Shown piece by piece: positions 46,304 to 56,923 of a DNA stretch of 64,000 nucleotides. This stretch comes from Candidatus Melainabacteria bacterium 17Bon1m (GTDB lineage Bacteria > Cyanobacteriota > Vampirovibrionia > Obscuribacterales > Obscuribacteraceae). Position 1 is the stretch's first letter, and every line of letters starts with the position of its first letter. Location of the stretch: assembly GCA_032128875.1 (NCBI GenBank), contig JAVLKG010000004.1, forward strand, positions 480,001-544,000, given 5' to 3'. The notes below the pieces were generated by a model that saw only the letters and a program-made list of their open reading frames with translations, had not been told where the DNA came from and did no database searches. The translations under genes and the position numbers were made by a program.

Positions 46304-49300
46304 GTGAAAGAGCTGACCCTTCAACTTTCTGGGCGCACGATTGTGAATGTTGCTCTTTCACTTGCGCTATTAAATGCCGCCATAATATCGCCCTCGCCCG
46401 CAACCGCTGCGCCTAGCACGGCCCCCACGATTACTAAAATCCCCGGTCAGCAAGAGGGGTTGAATAACAAACAGCAAGAGCACCTTTCTCAGCTAGAAGC
46501 AGCGCTGGAAAAGGCTCGCAAAGGCAAAGGCGAGGCAGAGGCGGATGCGCTGTATCAACTGGGTCAATTCCACTTTTCCATAGGCGAGATCAACAAGGCA
46601 GAAGGATACTTCCGTCAATCGATGACCGTTGAAGACAAATTGCATAGGCAAGAGCAGTCTTTGCAGGTGCGCATCGCTCTTGCCCATTTGATGATGGCAC
46701 AAAAGCGTACGGAAGACGCACTTGCATTGTATAAAGAAGCACTTGCTGTCGCTACGAGAAACAAGAACAGCGAGCAAATCGCAAGTGTCTTGGACAACAT
46801 GGCGTCGTGTTTTTTACTTTCCGGCGATTTAGACCAAGCAGAAAAGTTGCTTGGAGAGTCACTTGAATCATCAACATCGCCCGCCGTGAAAGCCAATGCT
46901 TTGATAAATTTGGCAGCGGTGGCTGCTGCCAGACGGAATAGCCAATTGGCTCTGGAGCGCTCTCAGAAGGCAATTGAGCTTGCTTCGGGCTCAGAAGAAC
47001 TCCGCACAATCGGACTTGCCTATCGTCAAAAAGGCAGAGCCTATGCCAATATCGGCGACTACGAGAATGCTATAGCCGTCTATCGGCAAGCAGCAAAGAA
47101 TTTTGAAGAAGATGTTGAAACATTGTTGCAGGCGCAAGTTTTGCTCAGTATAGGCCAACTTCAACTGGCTTCTCGCCAAGCGCAAGAAGCAAAAGTGGAA
47201 TTGAAAAAAGCAATTGAAATTGCCCGTGGAGAAAACGATTGGCACCTGCTAATTGAATGCATGATTGCTCTAGGCGCCGCCGAAGCCGACACTGCTAATT
47301 TCGATGCAGCAAGAAATTTGCATGCCGAGGCATCAAAAATGGCGCAGTCAAATAACAATAAGCGCTGCCAGTATTTGGCCGCATCGGAAGAAGGATTTGA
47401 CTTTCTTTTGGAAGGAAAAGTCGAAAAGGCTTTAGATCGATTTTTGGAAGCAAATTCGCTCATCTCAAAAGCAAATAACAGCAATGCCAAAGAGCACGCC
47501 GCAATCTTGCGCGACCTGGGTTTGTGTTACAGATCACTGGGACAAATGGAAGCTGCCACTAAGTATTATCTGGAATCTGCGGCTCTATTCGAATCAGTCG
47601 GTGATATTGAAGATCAGGCGCTACTTACAAACAGCGTTGCTGTGGTGTATCTCGACATGGGAAAGCGCGGCGAGTTCGAGCGTGAGTTCGACCTGGCCCG
47701 CAATCTTGCCGCGCAAAGTAAGAATCGCGCCGTTATCGCTTGCCTTGCTTTCAACAAGGCGCAATTCGACTTCCTGGAGAAGAAATTCGATGCCGCCCTC
47801 AAGTCATACACCGAAGCCGTGGAAGCTGCACGTGCAGCTAAAGACATGAAAACAGAATGTATGTCTTTGAATGGACTTGGGTTCACTTGCCTGGCCATGA
47901 AAAATGCTAGTCAGGCACAAGGATATTTTTCTGAGGCGGCTAAACTGGCTGAAGCTCAAGGTCTATTTGAGGCGCGCTGGGATGTCGCTCTTGGTTTGGG
48001 GAAAACTCTCAGAGCAGTCGGTCAAAACGCGGAGGCTGAAGTTCAGCTAAAGAAGGCTGTATCACTGGTGGAAAAGGAAAGATCCTTTCTATCGCGCGAT
48101 ACTTTTAAGACGTTTAGTCTTGACTTGAGGCAAGAGTGCTTCTTAGAACTGATTGACTTGTACGCCTCTACGGGCAAAGCTGACCTTGCTCTTGAACTCG
48201 CTGAAAAAGGCAGAGCTCGCGCGTTTCTCGACCTGCTTGCCGGACGTGTAAATCGCAGCTCTGCAGATACAGTGGCTCTGGTTATCGAAGGCTCTGACGA
48301 AAAGAAATCTCCGATTTCTTCTAACCTGGTTGCGATGTCCGACAACACGCAAGATTCCGTCGTTCGAGGAGTAAAGATAGTCCCCAGAGCTTCGACTCTC
48401 GTCGAATCGTCAGCGTACAGTCCTGTCAATGCCGCACCGCCTAGTCTTGCTGAAATTGTAGAACTTGTTAAACACCACAACTCCCACGTGGTTGAGTACT
48501 GCATGCTCAAGGATAAGTTGCTTATCTGGGTGATTAGTCCTACCGGTGAAATAAGACTTGCACCACCTGTGGTGATAAGTTCCTTAGAACTGAAAAAGAA
48601 AATTCGAGACACTCATAATTCGATTGCTCAGGCTGCCAGGCTCCCGAAGGACATGGCAGATCAGGACAAAACTCGAGAGATTCTACTGAAAGACCTTTAC
48701 TCGATACTGATACAGCCGGTGCAGAGCTACTTGCCAGAATCACCGGACAGCGTTGTCACATTTGTGCCTCATGGTGCGCTTTTTTCTGTTCCGTTCGCCG
48801 CTCTCATGTCCACTAAAGGCAAATATCTAATTGAGGAGAGAACCGTTAGCTATTTGCCTGCTATCGGAGTTCTTCGCGCGACAGAGAAAATCGCATCTGA
48901 ACCCGATCGCCCTTCAGACAACACATTGCTAGCCTTTGGCAATCCCATCACCAAAGTAATTGCATTCCTTGGCACTCTGCCGTTTGCCGAAAAGGAAGTG
49001 AAGAAAGTCGCTGCACTGTTTGGTGAAGGAAAGGCTACGATCGAAGTCGGTTCACAAGCCACGAAAGCGGCGTACAAAAGCCTGGCTCCAAAGAATTCGG
49101 TTATACACCTGGCGACTCATGGATTGATATCTGAAGAGAGACCCATGGAATCGGCTCTGGTACTTGCCCCTGATGGTGCTGACGATGGTTTGCTCACAGT
49201 CAAAGACATTTTGACGATGCCACCGCTGAAAGCCAAAATGGTAGTACTTTCAGCCTGCCAGACCGGGCGTGGCAAAATTACCGGTGACGGAGTCGTCGGT

Positions 49301-49564
49301 TTGTCTCGAGCATTTATCATTGCGGGTGCACCGTCTGTAGTGGTGAGCCAGTGGAACGTAGATGACGTCATGACCGAATATCAGATGAATGAGTTTTACA
49401 AATCATTCCTTTCAGGCAAGTCCAAAGCAGCTGCTCTTCGCGATGCTCAAATCAAAACGATTTCTTTCATGGACAAGCTTCTCGCGCCTCCACCAGGGCA
49501 AGTTGCGAATCGTCCAAATCCTAGACTATGGGCGGCGTTTCAATTAATTGGCGATACTAAATAG
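46304..49564 (+). CDS. Secreted TPR-repeat CHAT-domain (caspase/separase-like) cysteine protease
   Basis: Signal-like N-terminus, many TPRs, EKGRARAFLD, VPHGALFSVPFAAL, HLATHG (His), VLSACQTG (Cys), WAAFQLIG. Confidence 0.92.
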   Translation: MKELTLQLSGRTIVNVALSLALLNAAIISPSPATAAPSTAPTITKIPGQQEGLNNKQQEHLSQLEAALEKARKGKGEAEADALYQLGQFHFSIGEINKAEGYFRQSMTVEDKLHRQEQSLQVRIALAHLMMAQKRTEDALALYKEALAVATRNKNSEQIASVLDNMASCFLLSGDLDQAEKLLGESLESSTSPAVKANALINLAAVAAARRNSQLALERSQKAIELASGSEELRTIGLAYRQKGRAYANIGDYENAIAVYRQAAKNFEEDVETLLQAQVLLSIGQLQLASRQAQEAKVELKKAIEIARGENDWHLLIECMIALGAAEADTANFDAARNLHAEASKMAQSNNNKRCQYLAASEEGFDFLLEGKVEKALDRFLEANSLISKANNSNAKEHAAILRDLGLCYRSLGQMEAATKYYLESAALFESVGDIEDQALLTNSVAVVYLDMGKRGEFEREFDLARNLAAQSKNRAVIACLAFNKAQFDFLEKKFDAALKSYTEAVEAARAAKDMKTECMSLNGLGFTCLAMKNASQAQGYFSEAAKLAEAQGLFEARWDVALGLGKTLRAVGQNAEAEVQLKKAVSLVEKERSFLSRDTFKTFSLDLRQECFLELIDLYASTGKADLALELAEKGRARAFLDLLAGRVNRSSADTVALVIEGSDEKKSPISSNLVAMSDNTQDSVVRGVKIVPRASTLVESSAYSPVNAAPPSLAEIVELVKHHNSHVVEYCMLKDKLLIWVISPTGEIRLAPPVVISSLELKKKIRDTHNSIAQAARLPKDMADQDKTREILLKDLYSILIQPVQSYLPESPDSVVTFVPHGALFSVPFAALMSTKGKYLIEERTVSYLPAIGVLRATEKIASEPDRPSDNTLLAFGNPITKVIAFLGTLPFAEKEVKKVAALFGEGKATIEVGSQATKAAYKSLAPKNSVIHLATHGLISEERPMESALVLAPDGADDGLLTVKDILTMPPLKAKMVVLSACQTGRGKITGDGVVGLSRAFIIAGAPSVVVSQWNVDDVMTEYQMNEFYKSFLSGKSKAAALRDAQIKTISFMDKLLAPPPGQVANRPNPRLWAAFQLIGDTK

Positions 49565-49577
49565 ATCAAATTGCTGG

Positions 49578-50888
49578 CTATTTGGACGCTAACTTTGTCG
49601 GAAAAATTGCCGGCTTCGATACTTCAGCACGCAAACCGCCATAAAGTCTGAAGTTAAAACCAGCCAGACCGGGGCTGGAATTCGCGCCCATATTGAATAT
49701 CGGCTCGGCACGAACAAAGGCAGAAAGCGGAATGTTTCTATGTAATTGACGCGCAACCTCTCCGGTCAATACAAAAACTTGGTTGTTGTTGCCGCCGCGA
49801 AGATTGCTGTTGCCGAAGTTTGTAAGGAATGTGCAATCAGTCGTAAATACCCAAGGGCTCTTTCTAAGGACGTATCCAACTGAATAGAATTGGTCGAATT
49901 CCTGGAAGCGATCGAGCATCTTCTGAAAACGCACCTGACCCATCACGCTGCCATAAACAGCTCCGTGCTGGCCCACACGTCTAACTACAACAGCAGATGG
50001 GATGATGTCCGACAGTGGCGGCGTGCTTGCGTTTTGCAAATTGAAAAACAACTCTCTGCAAAAGAGGCTAGCAGTCATCGTCGTCTTATCGTTAAGCGTG
50101 AAATCGTGATCGGCACGCAAACCAACCGAGTAAATGTTGCGGCTCAAGACATTGTCTTTGCTGGCATACTGGTCGCGGAAGAAAAAGAAGTTGCTCGCTA
50201 CGCGCGTTCGTCTGGTTACAGCGTAACCAACCGTCAGGTTTGGTACCACCCGATAAACCAAGTCAGCTTGCGGATTTCTCGATGTTTGAAAAACGTTTGT
50301 CTCCAAGCGCAGAGAATTTTCACAGACTCCAGAGAAAAACATTCGTGCCGGCAATTTGTACAACATTTTGGCTTTATAAGAGTCAAAGTTGCTGAAGGCC
50401 GCTCCCCGCTCAGGAATTCTAATTGGAGTGAGATCTAATTGCTGTGTATCGTCAGGCTTAGAGACTGATTGAGCAATGGACGCTGGCATTAGCGGATCAG
50501 CCATATTCTGCTGGGACGCAGAAATGTCATTCGACTGCGAAGTGGTATTCCCTTCATTTTGCAGTCTCAGGGTCTCCAGGGACTGTTTTGGTGGAGATAC
50601 CACTTCCGGCTCACTGATTACCTGCTCACTGGCTGCCGCACGGGTCGAGTCTGTATTGATAATCGAGTTGGAAATATTGGCCTGCACCGCCGGTGATACT
50701 GGGCTGGCAAGTGGACCGCGCAATGAGCCTAGATCTTCCAGTGCTAACGCCGGACTGGATGAGCCAACTAATGCCAGATAGCCAAAACTACTTGCTGCGA
50801 CTGCAAGCAAAATGGATTTAGACGTTTTGAATTTCTTTGGAGGCACTGGGTAACATCGCGAGTATGCAAAAACGATATCGGTTGCCAA
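49578..50888 (-). CDS. Putative outer-membrane beta-barrel protein
   Basis: Signal-like segment, low-complexity linker, then alternating amphipathic aromatic-rich strands; start uncertain. Confidence 0.55.
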   Translation of the reverse strand: MATDIVFAYSRCYPVPPKKFKTSKSILLAVAASSFGYLALVGSSSPALALEDLGSLRGPLASPVSPAVQANISNSIINTDSTRAAASEQVISEPEVVSPPKQSLETLRLQNEGNTTSQSNDISASQQNMADPLMPASIAQSVSKPDDTQQLDLTPIRIPERGAAFSNFDSYKAKMLYKLPARMFFSGVCENSLRLETNVFQTSRNPQADLVYRVVPNLTVGYAVTRRTRVASNFFFFRDQYASKDNVLSRNIYSVGLRADHDFTLNDKTTMTASLFCRELFFNLQNASTPPLSDIIPSAVVVRRVGQHGAVYGSVMGQVRFQKMLDRFQEFDQFYSVGYVLRKSPWVFTTDCTFLTNFGNSNLRGGNNNQVFVLTGEVARQLHRNIPLSAFVRAEPIFNMGANSSPGLAGFNFRLYGGLRAEVSKPAIFPTKLASK

Positions 50889-51122
50889 TATGTGGTTCTT
50901 CCGATGTCATCTGGATTATAGCTAACCTTTTATAAGCCGCCATGACCGCGCACTCAGTGCTTTTGTCGAATCCACTCAGATTCTTTGAAAGAACCGCTGA
51001 CAGTCAATGCCACCATCGACGGTGAGATATCTCTTATGCCCGTAGCTTCAAGCAAAGGTTGTTATCAAGATGCAGGCTTGTCTGCGACAATCAGGTAATC
51101 AAAAATTCAATGGGGTAACACA

Positions 51123-51569
51123 ATGGCGGCAGCCAAAGGCGAAAAGACAGCAAAACCGGTCAAACCCAAAAAGTTGGTGAAATCATCTGAGAGCCGCGAT
51201 CCGGCAATTCGCGTCATACTGCTGCCTCGCGACACCAATAAACACGGCACTATTTTCGGCGGCGTAATTCTCAGCTACATCGACTTGGCGGGGGCTGCTG
51301 CGGTAAGTAGAGTGACAGCTCAGCGCATTGTCACAGTAGCCATCAAAGAAGTTGTTTTTCACGCACCTGTTCTTGTTGGAGAAGCGGTCAGCTTCTATAC
51401 CGAGGTCACTCGCATCGGCAAAACGTCGGTGAGCGTACATGTGGACGTTGAGTCAATGAGAGGCGACAAGAGAGTAGCCGTGACCGAAGCGGATATTACA
51501 TTTGTTTGTGTGGATAAGGACGGAAAGCCTATCCCTGTGGAAAAGATCAAGCATAACGGTCGAAAATAG
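51123..51569 (+). CDS. Acyl-CoA thioesterase (YciA-like hotdog fold)
   Basis: PRDTNKHGTIFGG, IDLAG, VTVA, GKTS. Confidence 0.92.
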   Translation: MAAAKGEKTAKPVKPKKLVKSSESRDPAIRVILLPRDTNKHGTIFGGVILSYIDLAGAAAVSRVTAQRIVTVAIKEVVFHAPVLVGEAVSFYTEVTRIGKTSVSVHVDVESMRGDKRVAVTEADITFVCVDKDGKPIPVEKIKHNGRK

Positions 51570-51642
51570 GGCTGGAAATTCACAGTTCAAATCGCTTAGT
51601 CCGGCTATCATATGCACTGTTTCACCTATGCCGGACCGGACT

Positions 51643-52239
51643 ATGATGACAACCGAAGCAGACGCACAAGCAAAAGCAGTACAAGAAAGAATCAGGCTTT
51701 ACTTGGGCACGGGCTGTGGAAAGACGACAGCTACATTTGGTGTGATGTTGAGAGCGCTGAGCAAGGGGAAAAATGTAACGCTCGCCTTCTTTGACAAACT
51801 TGAGGAGAACTCGAGCGAAGGTGAGGCTTTGAGAGTCTTGTCAAATGTTCAGACTCCCGGCTTCGGCAAATTAAGAGTGAACTATTCCGGTGTAAATCGC
51901 ATCGGTGCTGGTCCTAAAGGCAGCTTTCGCCTTTATAGCTCGCCAAACGGAATTCTTCCGGAAGACAAAGAAGAAGCCCTCTCCGGCTTGAATTTTGTTG
52001 CCGAAGCTCTTAAGCGCGGCGACGACATTGTCATAGGTGACGAAATTCTCGATGTCGCTCGCGTCGGGCTGGTTGAATGGGATGCTGTCAAAGCTGCCTT
52101 TGAACACAGAAAAGATCCAACCGTATTGATTCTGACTGGGCGTCGAGCTCCTGACTGGCTCATGGAGCAAGCCACTACAATTTCAACCACGACACAGTTG
52201 CGCCATCATGGCAAAGCCATCGAAGGGATGGACTGCTAA
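51643..52239 (+). CDS. Cob(I)alamin adenosyltransferase (CobA/CobO/BtuR family), divergent
   Basis: YLGTGCGKTTATFG, GDEI, LILTGRRAP; start uncertain. Confidence 0.72.
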   Translation: MMTTEADAQAKAVQERIRLYLGTGCGKTTATFGVMLRALSKGKNVTLAFFDKLEENSSEGEALRVLSNVQTPGFGKLRVNYSGVNRIGAGPKGSFRLYSSPNGILPEDKEEALSGLNFVAEALKRGDDIVIGDEILDVARVGLVEWDAVKAAFEHRKDPTVLILTGRRAPDWLMEQATTISTTTQLRHHGKAIEGMDC

Positions 52240-52272
52240 ATATCGGAGCACTGACCGAGACTCAGTTGCAGC

Positions 52273-53664
52273 TTAGCGCTTCTTGAGCGAAACAGTTTTG
52301 TGATTAGGCTGTGTGCTTACTTCTTTCTTCAACACTTCCATTGCTTTGGCGAGTTGAACGTCCTTACCATCCGTGGGCGAGCGCTTGAAGTTTGAATAGG
52401 TGACATCGATCCACCATGGACCGCGGCCTTTGGTGTAGTCATCATCTTTCAGCACTACTTCACAGTCTTTGTCAGGACTGATGCCTTGCTTGTGAATATC
52501 AACATCGTTTGGAGTCAAATAACGAGCAATAGTCACATTGATACCGGAGCCATCATCAAGCTTGTTAATCGACTGCACAAGACCCTTTCCGAAGGTCTTC
52601 TGACCGACTAGTTTGGCGCGCTCATTGTCATGCAGAGCACCCGAAAGAATTTCAGATGCAGAGGCGCTGCCCTGGTTGATCAATACAACAATAGGCTGCT
52701 TGGTGACCGGGCTGTTTTGAGCCTCTGTCTTTGCCTTGTAGCCTTCGCTGTCGATGGTACTGACAATGGTGCCATGGTCAAGGAACATATTGGCTATGTC
52801 GATGGCATTAGAGAGCAGCCCACCAGGGTTGTTTCTCAAATCGATGATGAGACCTTCAGTGTTGCTCAATTTCTTGAGAGCTTGCCTCATCTCAGTGTTT
52901 GCTTTCTGTGAAATAAAGCTGTCAAGGCGGATATATCCGAGATTGCCCGGCAGCACTTCACAGCTGGCTACAGCTTTGATTGGGATTTCGGCTCGTTTGA
53001 GCGAGACTTTGCGCTTGTCTTCGTGCTTGTCCGACTTGCGCAAAAAAGTGATGCTCACAATTGAATTGATTTCGCCGCGAATCTGTTTTACGACCTGATC
53101 GAGCGACTGCCCTTTTACCGGCTTCGCATCTACTTCAAGAATCTCGTCACCAGGATGCACGCCGGCATTGAAAGCCGGAGTACCTTCGATTGGGGCGATA
53201 ACAACAACCTTGTGCTCTTTGTTCATGCCGAGCTGCATGCCGACGCCGAACAAGTGAGCCTCAATTTGGGATTTCTCTTCATCGAAAGAATCGCGATCGA
53301 GAAAACGTGTGTAAGGGTCAGCCAAGCTGGCGAGCATTGTCTCGATAGCTTTGTGAGCATCTTCGGAAGTTTTCAGCTTGCCGTCGTAATGATGCTCCCA
53401 GCGATTCCAGTCTTGTGTATTGAAACCTTGTTCGTAAAAATTGTCTTTGAGCAATTTCCACGCCTTTGCATAGAGAACTTGAGGCGGAATATTGCGGTTG
53501 ATTTCACTGAGCGCCGGCGAAGCTTTGAGCTCCGACGTGTCAGCGACCAAGATTTGAGGGGGTTGCGTTTTGCTGCCGCCAGTCAAAAGCCAGCACTGGA
53601 CAGCGAAAAATAGCAAACACAAAACCAAAGGAATGCCGATTCGGGCTACTCTTCTCTGTTCCAC
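52273..53664 (-). CDS. ctpA: Carboxyl-terminal processing protease (S41, PDZ)
   Basis: LADPYTRF, DLRNNPGGLL, SASASEI, TFGKGLVQ. Confidence 0.92.
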   Translation of the reverse strand: MEQRRVARIGIPLVLCLLFFAVQCWLLTGGSKTQPPQILVADTSELKASPALSEINRNIPPQVLYAKAWKLLKDNFYEQGFNTQDWNRWEHHYDGKLKTSEDAHKAIETMLASLADPYTRFLDRDSFDEEKSQIEAHLFGVGMQLGMNKEHKVVVIAPIEGTPAFNAGVHPGDEILEVDAKPVKGQSLDQVVKQIRGEINSIVSITFLRKSDKHEDKRKVSLKRAEIPIKAVASCEVLPGNLGYIRLDSFISQKANTEMRQALKKLSNTEGLIIDLRNNPGGLLSNAIDIANMFLDHGTIVSTIDSEGYKAKTEAQNSPVTKQPIVVLINQGSASASEILSGALHDNERAKLVGQKTFGKGLVQSINKLDDGSGINVTIARYLTPNDVDIHKQGISPDKDCEVVLKDDDYTKGRGPWWIDVTYSNFKRSPTDGKDVQLAKAMEVLKKEVSTQPNHKTVSLKKR

Positions 53665-54018
53665 TGACGCAGTTTCCCCTGTAAGACTTCTACTATTGAT
53701 ATTAGATCATGGCGGGTGAACCCGCAAAAGCTCTGTGAATTAAAGCAAATCCCTGTCCTGCACGTTTTGGACTTGTTTTTTCTATTGGGCGCCGAATGAG
53801 CCTATAGACTCATTCAATCAGAGAAGGTTTCTCCCGGCTCTTTTCAACAAAGTAGCCAACTGGCGCCCTCTATGACATTTTAACAAAATCTTATTTTAGC
53901 CCTCGCCTTGCCAACAGTCGATAGCTTTTTACCCAAAATAACGCGAGACCAAGTCTAAGTTAACTCTTTGGGGTTTAACTCTCAGTCTTTATTGACCTAA
54001 CATAGCTCCTGCTTTCGA

Positions 54019-55215
54019 GTGAATTTTCTGGTAGTCAACAGGACAAGCGCCTCCCAAATGGTCTCGCCCGCGTATGCTGAAAGGGTTGAAACAACACCCA
54101 GTGATGAGTCACATGTACTGTCGCCCCCTATGCAAGTGATAGAAAAGAGCAAATCGGCATCCGACGTGGACAGCACGCAGTTGAAATCCTTACCAATCAT
54201 CGGCGGTTTGGCTAATTTAGCCAAAAAGATTCAGTTGTCCGAGCAAGATAAGCTCAAGCTGAAACTCTCATTCAGCGCTTTGATGTTCGCCAGCCTCTTT
54301 ATTTTTGGCAAAGTCGACTTATCTAAGAGCTGGGAGGTCGCGCTTCAATCCAATGGCTGGTATCTAGGTACTGCTGTACTGCTTTTCCTTGGTTCAGTGC
54401 TGATCAATGCCAAACGCTGGCAATTGCTTGCTGATGCAGTAGGGCTCCACAAGCCCTTTATGGCACTTTTGCAGTACTGCTATGTGGGACTCTTTTTCAA
54501 TCTCTTTTTGCCTTCAACAGTTGGCGGCGACTTCTCTCGCGGCTATTACCTTTCTAAAGGAACCGGAAAGTACAAGAGCGCTTTCTATTCAGTGCTTGCC
54601 GATAGAACAGTCGGCATTGCGGTTCTCTTCCTATTTGCTACAGCAGGAATTCTTGCCGGTCCGGCCGGACACTTGCCTTGGAAGCTGAAGCTGCCAATTT
54701 TGCTTGGTACTGCCGGGATATTTCTTGTTTTGCCCTTCGCCCCCAAGCTCTGCCATATGCTCCTTGGACCGGACAACAAGATAACTAAGCGGTTCGAAAA
54801 TTCCGCAGCAAAAGTATATTGGCATGACCGAAAGCTCGTTCTTTCAGCGCTTTTCTTATCTGTTGTGCTGCAACTGGTCATTGTTCTTTGCCACTTAACC
54901 ATTGGACTGGCACTGGGTCTCACCCAGATTCCAATCTGGTACTACTTCGTTTTCTATCCATGCGTTGCCGTGCTTGGATTTGTCACCCCCAGCTTTAACG
55001 GCATCGGCATTCGAGAATGGGCATACACCTACTTCCTCACTTTCATCGGCGTCGATAACTCGCATGCGCTGACATATGCGATGATGTGGCTGGCTCTGAC
55101 CACTCTCAGCAGCTTGGTTGGCGGTGTCGTTTACTTCGCAGGACACCTGCAAATTTCCAAAGAAGAAAGAGAAGAGTTCGAGCACGTTCAACAAGAGGAA
55201 GCCGAAACGGCTTAG
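54019..55215 (+). CDS. Lysylphosphatidylglycerol synthase TM-domain / flippase-like protein
   Basis: RWQLL, FFNLFLPSTVGGD, DRTVG, GIGIRE; start uncertain. Confidence 0.85.
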   Translation: MNFLVVNRTSASQMVSPAYAERVETTPSDESHVLSPPMQVIEKSKSASDVDSTQLKSLPIIGGLANLAKKIQLSEQDKLKLKLSFSALMFASLFIFGKVDLSKSWEVALQSNGWYLGTAVLLFLGSVLINAKRWQLLADAVGLHKPFMALLQYCYVGLFFNLFLPSTVGGDFSRGYYLSKGTGKYKSAFYSVLADRTVGIAVLFLFATAGILAGPAGHLPWKLKLPILLGTAGIFLVLPFAPKLCHMLLGPDNKITKRFENSAAKVYWHDRKLVLSALFLSVVLQLVIVLCHLTIGLALGLTQIPIWYYFVFYPCVAVLGFVTPSFNGIGIREWAYTYFLTFIGVDNSHALTYAMMWLALTTLSSLVGGVVYFAGHLQISKEEREEFEHVQQEEAETA

Positions 55216-55248
55216 CCTCGCAGTCCCTCGTCTCTTTGAGTAAACGTC

Positions 55249-56730
55249 ATGAGAAGCAAGGTCGAGTTCGCTCGCGGCTGTCATCCTTCGGAGAATCCGC
55301 TTGTCAAGCAGGTTCTTGCTCACGCTCGAGAATGCTCTGTCTCTACTTATATAGTTGGCGGTTATGTCAGAGACAGCATCGTCGCCCCTGACAACCGGGG
55401 CGTTTCTCAAAAAGAGCGAGTCGAATCAACCAGGAAGCGTGACCTTGATTTTGCCGTGGCCGGCGGTACTGCTTTTGAATTTGCACAGGTCATCTCAGTC
55501 GAAATGGATGGGCATTTTGTCCCGCTTGATGAAGAAAATGACACTGCCCGTGTTGTTTTTGATGATGGCAGTATTCTTGATTTTGCCGGCTGTGTCGGCG
55601 GCAATATCGAGAAAGACCTTGCTAGGCGAGACTTTACGGTGAATGCGTTAGCCTGGGACAGTGAGTATCCGGATCAAGTTCTCGATCTTGCCGATGGGCT
55701 GAAAGACTTGGCGAGCAAGACGATTCGGGCTGTTTCAAGACAGACTTTTGTCGAAGATCCTTTGAGGGTGCTGCGAACATTCCGCTTTGCTCATCAGCTT
55801 CAGGCCGAGATAGAACCCACTACTCTTGGTTGGGTCAAGGAACTGGTCAAAGGACTTAACTCGGTAGCTCCCGAGCGCATAAATTTTGAATTGTTCGAAG
55901 CCCTGTCTGGGCCGACGGCTGGGCATCTGACTGACCAGTTGGCGGAATGCGGTGTTCTAGAGGTTATCTTTCCCGAACTCGTCGATTGCAGGCGCGTGAC
56001 GCCCAACTCCTATCATCATTTAGGCCTTTTCGAGCACAGCATAATGACGGTTACGGAACTGGATAAACGGTTGCCGTCCCTGCCCGATTGGCTGCATGAA
56101 AGCGCGAAGCGCGAACTTTCTTCCGGCGTAAGCAGACTCTCTGCCACACGCCTGGCGTGCATTTTGCACGACATAGGCAAACCCGGTACCTGGGAAGTGA
56201 CGCCGGAAGGCAAACACACATTTGTGGCGCATGACAAACTGGGAGCCGAAATGACCGCATTGATCGCGGCACGTATGCGTTGGTCTAGACCGATTGAGAG
56301 GTTGATCACGCGTCTGGTCGAGCTTCATCTGCGTCCAGGGCAGCTCTTTCATCAAGGAACGCCCACTGCTAAAGCCCTAAACCGCTTTTACAGGACAGTG
56401 GCAGAAGATGTGCCGGAGCTGATGATGGTTGCGTTTGCAGACTTAGGTGCCACCCGTGGGGCTGGGCTGTGTGGCGACAATCGGGAGAATCTGGAAAAGG
56501 GTCTGGATTCGCTGATGCACGGCTATCAGGTATTTCTGCAAGAGGTGGTCACCCTCAAGCCTCTCATTGGCGGTCATGACATCATGCGCCTTTTGAACCT
56601 CAACTCGGGGCCTGTAGTGGGCGAACTTTTGAAAGCGCTCGAAGAAGCCAGAGATCTGAAGGAAGTCGTGGATCGCGCACAGGCTGAGGCTTTTGTGAAA
56701 GAACTGTACACACAGAAGTATTCCAAATAA
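55249..56730 (+). CDS. Class II tRNA nucleotidyltransferase with HD domain, probably CC-adding
   Basis: VGGYVRD, DLD, DLARRDFTVNA, EDPLRVLR, LHDIGK; flexible loop absent. Confidence 0.88.
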   Translation: MRSKVEFARGCHPSENPLVKQVLAHARECSVSTYIVGGYVRDSIVAPDNRGVSQKERVESTRKRDLDFAVAGGTAFEFAQVISVEMDGHFVPLDEENDTARVVFDDGSILDFAGCVGGNIEKDLARRDFTVNALAWDSEYPDQVLDLADGLKDLASKTIRAVSRQTFVEDPLRVLRTFRFAHQLQAEIEPTTLGWVKELVKGLNSVAPERINFELFEALSGPTAGHLTDQLAECGVLEVIFPELVDCRRVTPNSYHHLGLFEHSIMTVTELDKRLPSLPDWLHESAKRELSSGVSRLSATRLACILHDIGKPGTWEVTPEGKHTFVAHDKLGAEMTALIAARMRWSRPIERLITRLVELHLRPGQLFHQGTPTAKALNRFYRTVAEDVPELMMVAFADLGATRGAGLCGDNRENLEKGLDSLMHGYQVFLQEVVTLKPLIGGHDIMRLLNLNSGPVVGELLKALEEARDLKEVVDRAQAEAFVKELYTQKYSK

Positions 56731-56923
56731 CCTTTTTAGGCTTGGCAACTATTAAGTGGTGTTAAACAAAAAATTTCCGGGCATAAGATTCTCGGTGAGA
56801 CAGAACCGACTTTTGGTTCTTGAAGCCAGTAACTATAGCGGTTTCCAAGGGTTGGGCAGTAAAGAGCTTGACCAGCGAACAAACGCATACCGCGGGTCGG
56901 AAGCACACATGCAGGTGACAGTA

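Noticed and set aside
53787-53868. Canonical tRNA
   Set aside because: No T-loop consensus, no 7-nt anticodon loop, no CCA; kept only as a structured-RNA candidate
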